A stretch of 64,000 nt of DNA from Amphiscolops sp. MND2022 (lineage: Eukaryota). Position 1 is the first letter of the stretch; the number at the start of each line of letters is the position of its first letter. The translations under genes and the position numbers were made by a program. Where the stretch lies: NCBI GenBank assembly GCA_964187785.1, contig OZ076409.1, positions 70,496,001 to 70,560,000 on the forward strand, in the 5' to 3' direction. Positions 60,607 through 64,000 of this stretch are shown here, piece by piece. The notes under the pieces are model-generated. The model did no database searches, was not told the DNA's origin, and saw only the letters and a list, made by a program, of their open reading frames with translations.

Positions 60607-61437
60607 GGTCAAGAATTTGCGTATCCTAGTTTTAAAACATACATTTTCATCAATAACAAGTAAGTAATTTTATCATTGTTTACATAAATTAATATTGAGA
60701 TTTGTAAAAAAATGTTACATATCAACCTTGTTATATCTGTTGCAATTATCTGATACAAAACCCCAAAAAATTTTCGGCGAATACAAACTACAAGAAATAG
60801 CAAATATTTCAGTTTTAAAGTTCTTATGTCAAAAATTTTGCATGATGGTAATGTCATTACTTCAAAAAAATTTAACATTTTCATTGAAATAGATTTAAAA
60901 AATTTTTTGGCAACAGATATATCATTTTGTTTTCTTCTGTGTACCTATTATTGTTATAAAAATGTAATCGGATAATTGTAAATCAAATAATTATTTCGAA
61001 CTAATGTCTTTTCTAATATAATTTAAAGCACCATTTATGGTTCAAATCTCACTCAATCGTTTACCTCAAATTTTTGATAGAGAATCATTTTGTTTGGTAC
61101 AAAGTCGAATTCGTGCAATCGAGAATCATCAATGCGATTTCGGTAACTCAATCGTTTCAGTATGTTATAATGAGAAAATTTTCATCGGATGCGTTATTAC
61201 TCGAGAAAATTATTTTTCAACAAAATAAACTACTTTCAGATGTTGAATTTTTAGTTTATTCTTTAATTTGTGTATTTTTAAACCTTTCCACATCTAAAAA
61301 TTCCAACGAATTTTTGCGTTCAAAAAAATGCGCTTCGATGTTTCCGTCCTTATTTTCGTTTTCGGATTACTTTAATTTATTGAGATAACATCTTCAATAC
61401 ATTTTTTTCATTTTCGGTATTATTACTTCAGGTGGTC

Positions 61438-64000
61438 ATGCCTAAAAAGAAAAGAGTTGTCAAAAAGGATCCTAATACTGGACGGTTCCTTCCAAAAGTC
61501 GAAAATACAGATGATTGTGTTTTTACCACACAGTGCCAAGAAGTAGTTTCTACTGAAGATTCAACTGGTAGCCAAGTTGTTCTAGACGTTGGCGACATCG
61601 CGAATTCAAATTTGGAATCTTCATCAGAAAAAACAAATGGAGAAAGTAAAAAGATGCATCCATTTACTGAATATAACGTGACACAAGACAGCGTTTCAAT
61701 TCAAAATGCAATGGACAACTTTGTTACAATCGGGAAAACGATGAAGAGAATTGTGAGTGTTAATTTGACAAGACTTTACATTACCGCTGGAGTTTTCCTG
61801 TGTTTGAAAACATCTATTGATAATGTTTGTGAAAATTGTTACCGAGAATCAACAACTGGTTATCCTTTACATTTCCAATCAGTTCATTCATCTGCACTAA
61901 GAAAACGTAAATTTTGCAGAGACTTTCATGAAAACCAAGAAGTAGTTCTGTGTGACGACTGTTTGCTCTATTATAACAAACCATGTTGGAATCATGCGTG
62001 GCCGTCGGTTTTGTGCACACTTTTTTTCAGTGGTGACAAATATGGATGCAATGGCCGATACTTTTTTACTTTGTTCCCAAAATCTTTTACAGACTCTTGG
62101 GCAAAGGTGTCTTGTCGTTTTGGATATTGTAATCTGGAAACTTTACCTTTGTTTGAAGATTATACTTTAATCAAAAAACAATTCGATCAATTAGTAATGT
62201 CACACAGAGGCCATGATTTGAAACATAACTTAAATAATTTTAGTTTCCCCTTCATTAAATGTCCAGTTGGATGTAATACCCTCATTAATGAAACTGGCAA
62301 AATTTCTTTCGTGCACTTATTAAATTACCTTTTCCCCAATTTCAAATCTTTTGGAGCAAACAAAAATTACCTGCGAAGCATGCGAGAAGACTGGTTGAAT
62401 TCTACGTTACATTTGGATACATTCTTAAGTTCACCATGTTTATCCGTCGACGAAAATGGTTTAGCTCTGGTTACTTGTTACATGCACAACAAAAAGATTG
62501 ACAAACAAATTGTTCACATGGCTCCTTCTTGTTTCGGAAATTTATTTCACGTACAGGTGGATCGTTTAGCTCCAATGGCAACAAAAGTCAGAGGTTACTT
62601 ACCAGCAAAAGTTGGAGAATTTAGTCATGGATTTACAATTTCAACAAGTTTGGGCGGTCAGTTCGGCATAAGTTGTTTACAGCTGACAAATAAACGATGT
62701 TTCAATGTGAAAAGTGACTACTTATTACCAACTTTAGAACCCGTTATTTATGCCAATCGACAAGATGTTCGTAATGTAGTTAATTTACTTTACAATGACC
62801 ATTCGTTGAATATGGATTTTATCGAATACTTGAAAAGTAGTACCTGCACTCTTGGTAGAGAGGTGTTAGAATCATTCAATGAATCCAGTAACTCGCTTTC
62901 CATGTTCGCAATGCTCTGCGTAAAGAAGTATTTGGAAGAAAATAATGATCTCAAAAAGCCAATACCATCTTCATTGCTAAATTGTCATAACATGAACAAA
63001 ACAGGTCTCCAACCTTTTCTTGCAGCTCGGAAGCACTTTAATAGAAGAGTTTCTTTATTTCTTTTGATTTCTTGGTTCATTAATTATGAATATTTTGGAT
63101 TCATTTGCTTAGTCGACAGTAGAATCTCCAGTTTGCTAATTCAACAATTGAACGGTCTTCACCGGACAAAAAGTTACTGCAATTCATCAACTCTGAACTC
63201 TTTGGAAACAAGTTTCCGTGAATCGTTCAATTTGGAAGATAGTAGTTCGATCCATTTAGATTTCATGACTCGAATACTTGACACGATAGACGGTTGTAAA
63301 GTTATTTATTGCCCTGAACGAAAAATCATCAATATGTTAGAGTTTCACAGTTTTGTTGATAATTCTGAATCAGTTAACGTTGTCTGTATCATCAACCAAG
63401 AAGATAAGTCTTTGAGAAACTTTGGAATTCCTGAAATTATTCAAATTTACAACAAGCAGTTTCAATTAGTTTATTTATTTGCGACAATTAATGATCCTAT
63501 CCTGATGAGGTACGGTAATGAATTCTTTGAATGGTGGTGTTTCGATTCAAAAAATAACCTTGTGTTAGATGCAACTACCATGTGTAACTGCAAATGTAAT
63601 TTCGAAAGGAGTTGGAAAATTTTACTTTATTTGGGTGATTACACAGACATAAAACCCTCTGTGATGTCGAGTATCTTTGGGAGTGGGCAAGATAAAATCA
63701 AATGTGGGTATCATGAAAAACTCTTATCTACTGATCTTAGTGATTCAACCTATAAATGCTCCATTACCAATTGTCAACGGAAGTCCGCGTACAGATGTCC
63801 TGAAACGAATTGTTTTACTAGTGTCTGTAACAGGCATTTGAAAAGTTTAGAAGACAACAAATTGCATTTTTTGAAATGTTCCGAAAATTTTGAAAATAAT
63901 GATAGCTACGAAACTTTGGATATGCATCGAGTTATTGAAGATGACGAAAATCAACTTGGAATTGATTATGTATTAGAAGGCATACAAGAAACCGGTTTTG
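61438..64000 (+). CDS. Large Cys/His-rich protein, N-terminal 854 codons, open at window edge; possibly the N-terminal region of a Helitron-like Rep/helicase
   Basis: Translated by hand: MPKKKRVVKKDPNTGRFLP...GIDYVLEGIQETGF with no stop in 2563 nt of AT-rich DNA. NLS-like start; CENC/CDDC pair, HAWPS, KCPVGC, and CGYH...CSITNC...RCPETNC...CNRH clusters. Confidence is for coding status; the product call is much weaker. Confidence 0.9.
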   Translation, partial: MPKKKRVVKKDPNTGRFLPKVENTDDCVFTTQCQEVVSTEDSTGSQVVLDVGDIANSNLESSSEKTNGESKKMHPFTEYNVTQDSVSIQNAMDNFVTIGKTMKRIVSVNLTRLYITAGVFLCLKTSIDNVCENCYRESTTGYPLHFQSVHSSALRKRKFCRDFHENQEVVLCDDCLLYYNKPCWNHAWPSVLCTLFFSGDKYGCNGRYFFTLFPKSFTDSWAKVSCRFGYCNLETLPLFEDYTLIKKQFDQLVMSHRGHDLKHNLNNFSFPFIKCPVGCNTLINETGKISFVHLLNYLFPNFKSFGANKNYLRSMREDWLNSTLHLDTFLSSPCLSVDENGLALVTCYMHNKKIDKQIVHMAPSCFGNLFHVQVDRLAPMATKVRGYLPAKVGEFSHGFTISTSLGGQFGISCLQLTNKRCFNVKSDYLLPTLEPVIYANRQDVRNVVNLLYNDHSLNMDFIEYLKSSTCTLGREVLESFNESSNSLSMFAMLCVKKYLEENNDLKKPIPSSLLNCHNMNKTGLQPFLAARKHFNRRVSLFLLISWFINYEYFGFICLVDSRISSLLIQQLNGLHRTKSYCNSSTLNSLETSFRESFNLEDSSSIHLDFMTRILDTIDGCKVIYCPERKIINMLEFHSFVDNSESVNVVCIINQEDKSLRNFGIPEIIQIYNKQFQLVYLFATINDPILMRYGNEFFEWWCFDSKNNLVLDATTMCNCKCNFERSWKILLYLGDYTDIKPSVMSSIFGSGQDKIKCGYHEKLLSTDLSDSTYKCSITNCQRKSAYRCPETNCFTSVCNRHLKSLEDNKLHFLKCSENFENNDSYETLDMHRVIEDDENQLGIDYVLEGIQETGF

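Larger units (their letters stand above)
52465..64000 (+). mobile_element. Long element starting at the last junction; candidate autonomous partner (3' end outside window)
   Basis: Begins at CTAG|GTG, has the TAGGG-loop hairpin (52499-52519) and A-like sequence to ~54880. No end module occurs in the remaining 11.5 kb, which contains same-strand genes. That the ORF belongs to this element is inference. Confidence 0.55.

Noticed and set aside
61427..61437. TTCAGGTGGTC as another array junction
   Set aside because: It lacks CTAG and the upstream palindrome module; it is better read as a splice-acceptor-like site before the ATG.
59909..62170. Short AT-rich ORFs (59909, 60609, 60695, 61037, 61074, 61814, 61952)
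   Set aside because: Low-complexity I/F/K/L-rich translations typical of chance ORFs; the last two overlap the long ORF in other frames.

Overview
Eukaryotic-looking, mostly non-coding window with two parts. (1) Positions 1-52464 are a head-to-tail array of 31 complete units plus one partial unit. There are 18 long 'A' units (1967-1994 bp), 12 short units (1268-1290 bp) from at least four diverged subfamilies, and one 1404-bp hybrid, in irregular order. Every unit ends in the same module: two TCAACGCC direct repeats, the palindrome GGGCATGCC-GA-GGCATGCCC, TTCGACGAC, a subfamily-specific 22-41 nt tail, then CTAG. All 32 junctions switch from one unit to the next inside CTAGGTG. Units also share a 5' hairpin with a (T/G)AGGG loop and carry a family-specific subterminal hairpin, both showing compensatory changes. 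(2) From 52465 the last 'unit' starts at the same junction and resembles A units, but does not close. It runs through ~503-bp subrepeats, an (AGTAT)n microsatellite, a small spliced RRM-like gene interrupted by a TAG, and two copies of a covarying structured element. It ends in an uninterrupted 854-codon Cys-rich ORF (61438 to beyond 64000) that the supplied ORF track omits, presumably because it has no stop in the window. Best inference: a self-targeting, probably rolling-circle (Helitron-like) element system, with a cassette-like train of non-autonomous units abutting a long candidate autonomous element. No catalytic domain is visible inside the window, so this assignment is unproven.
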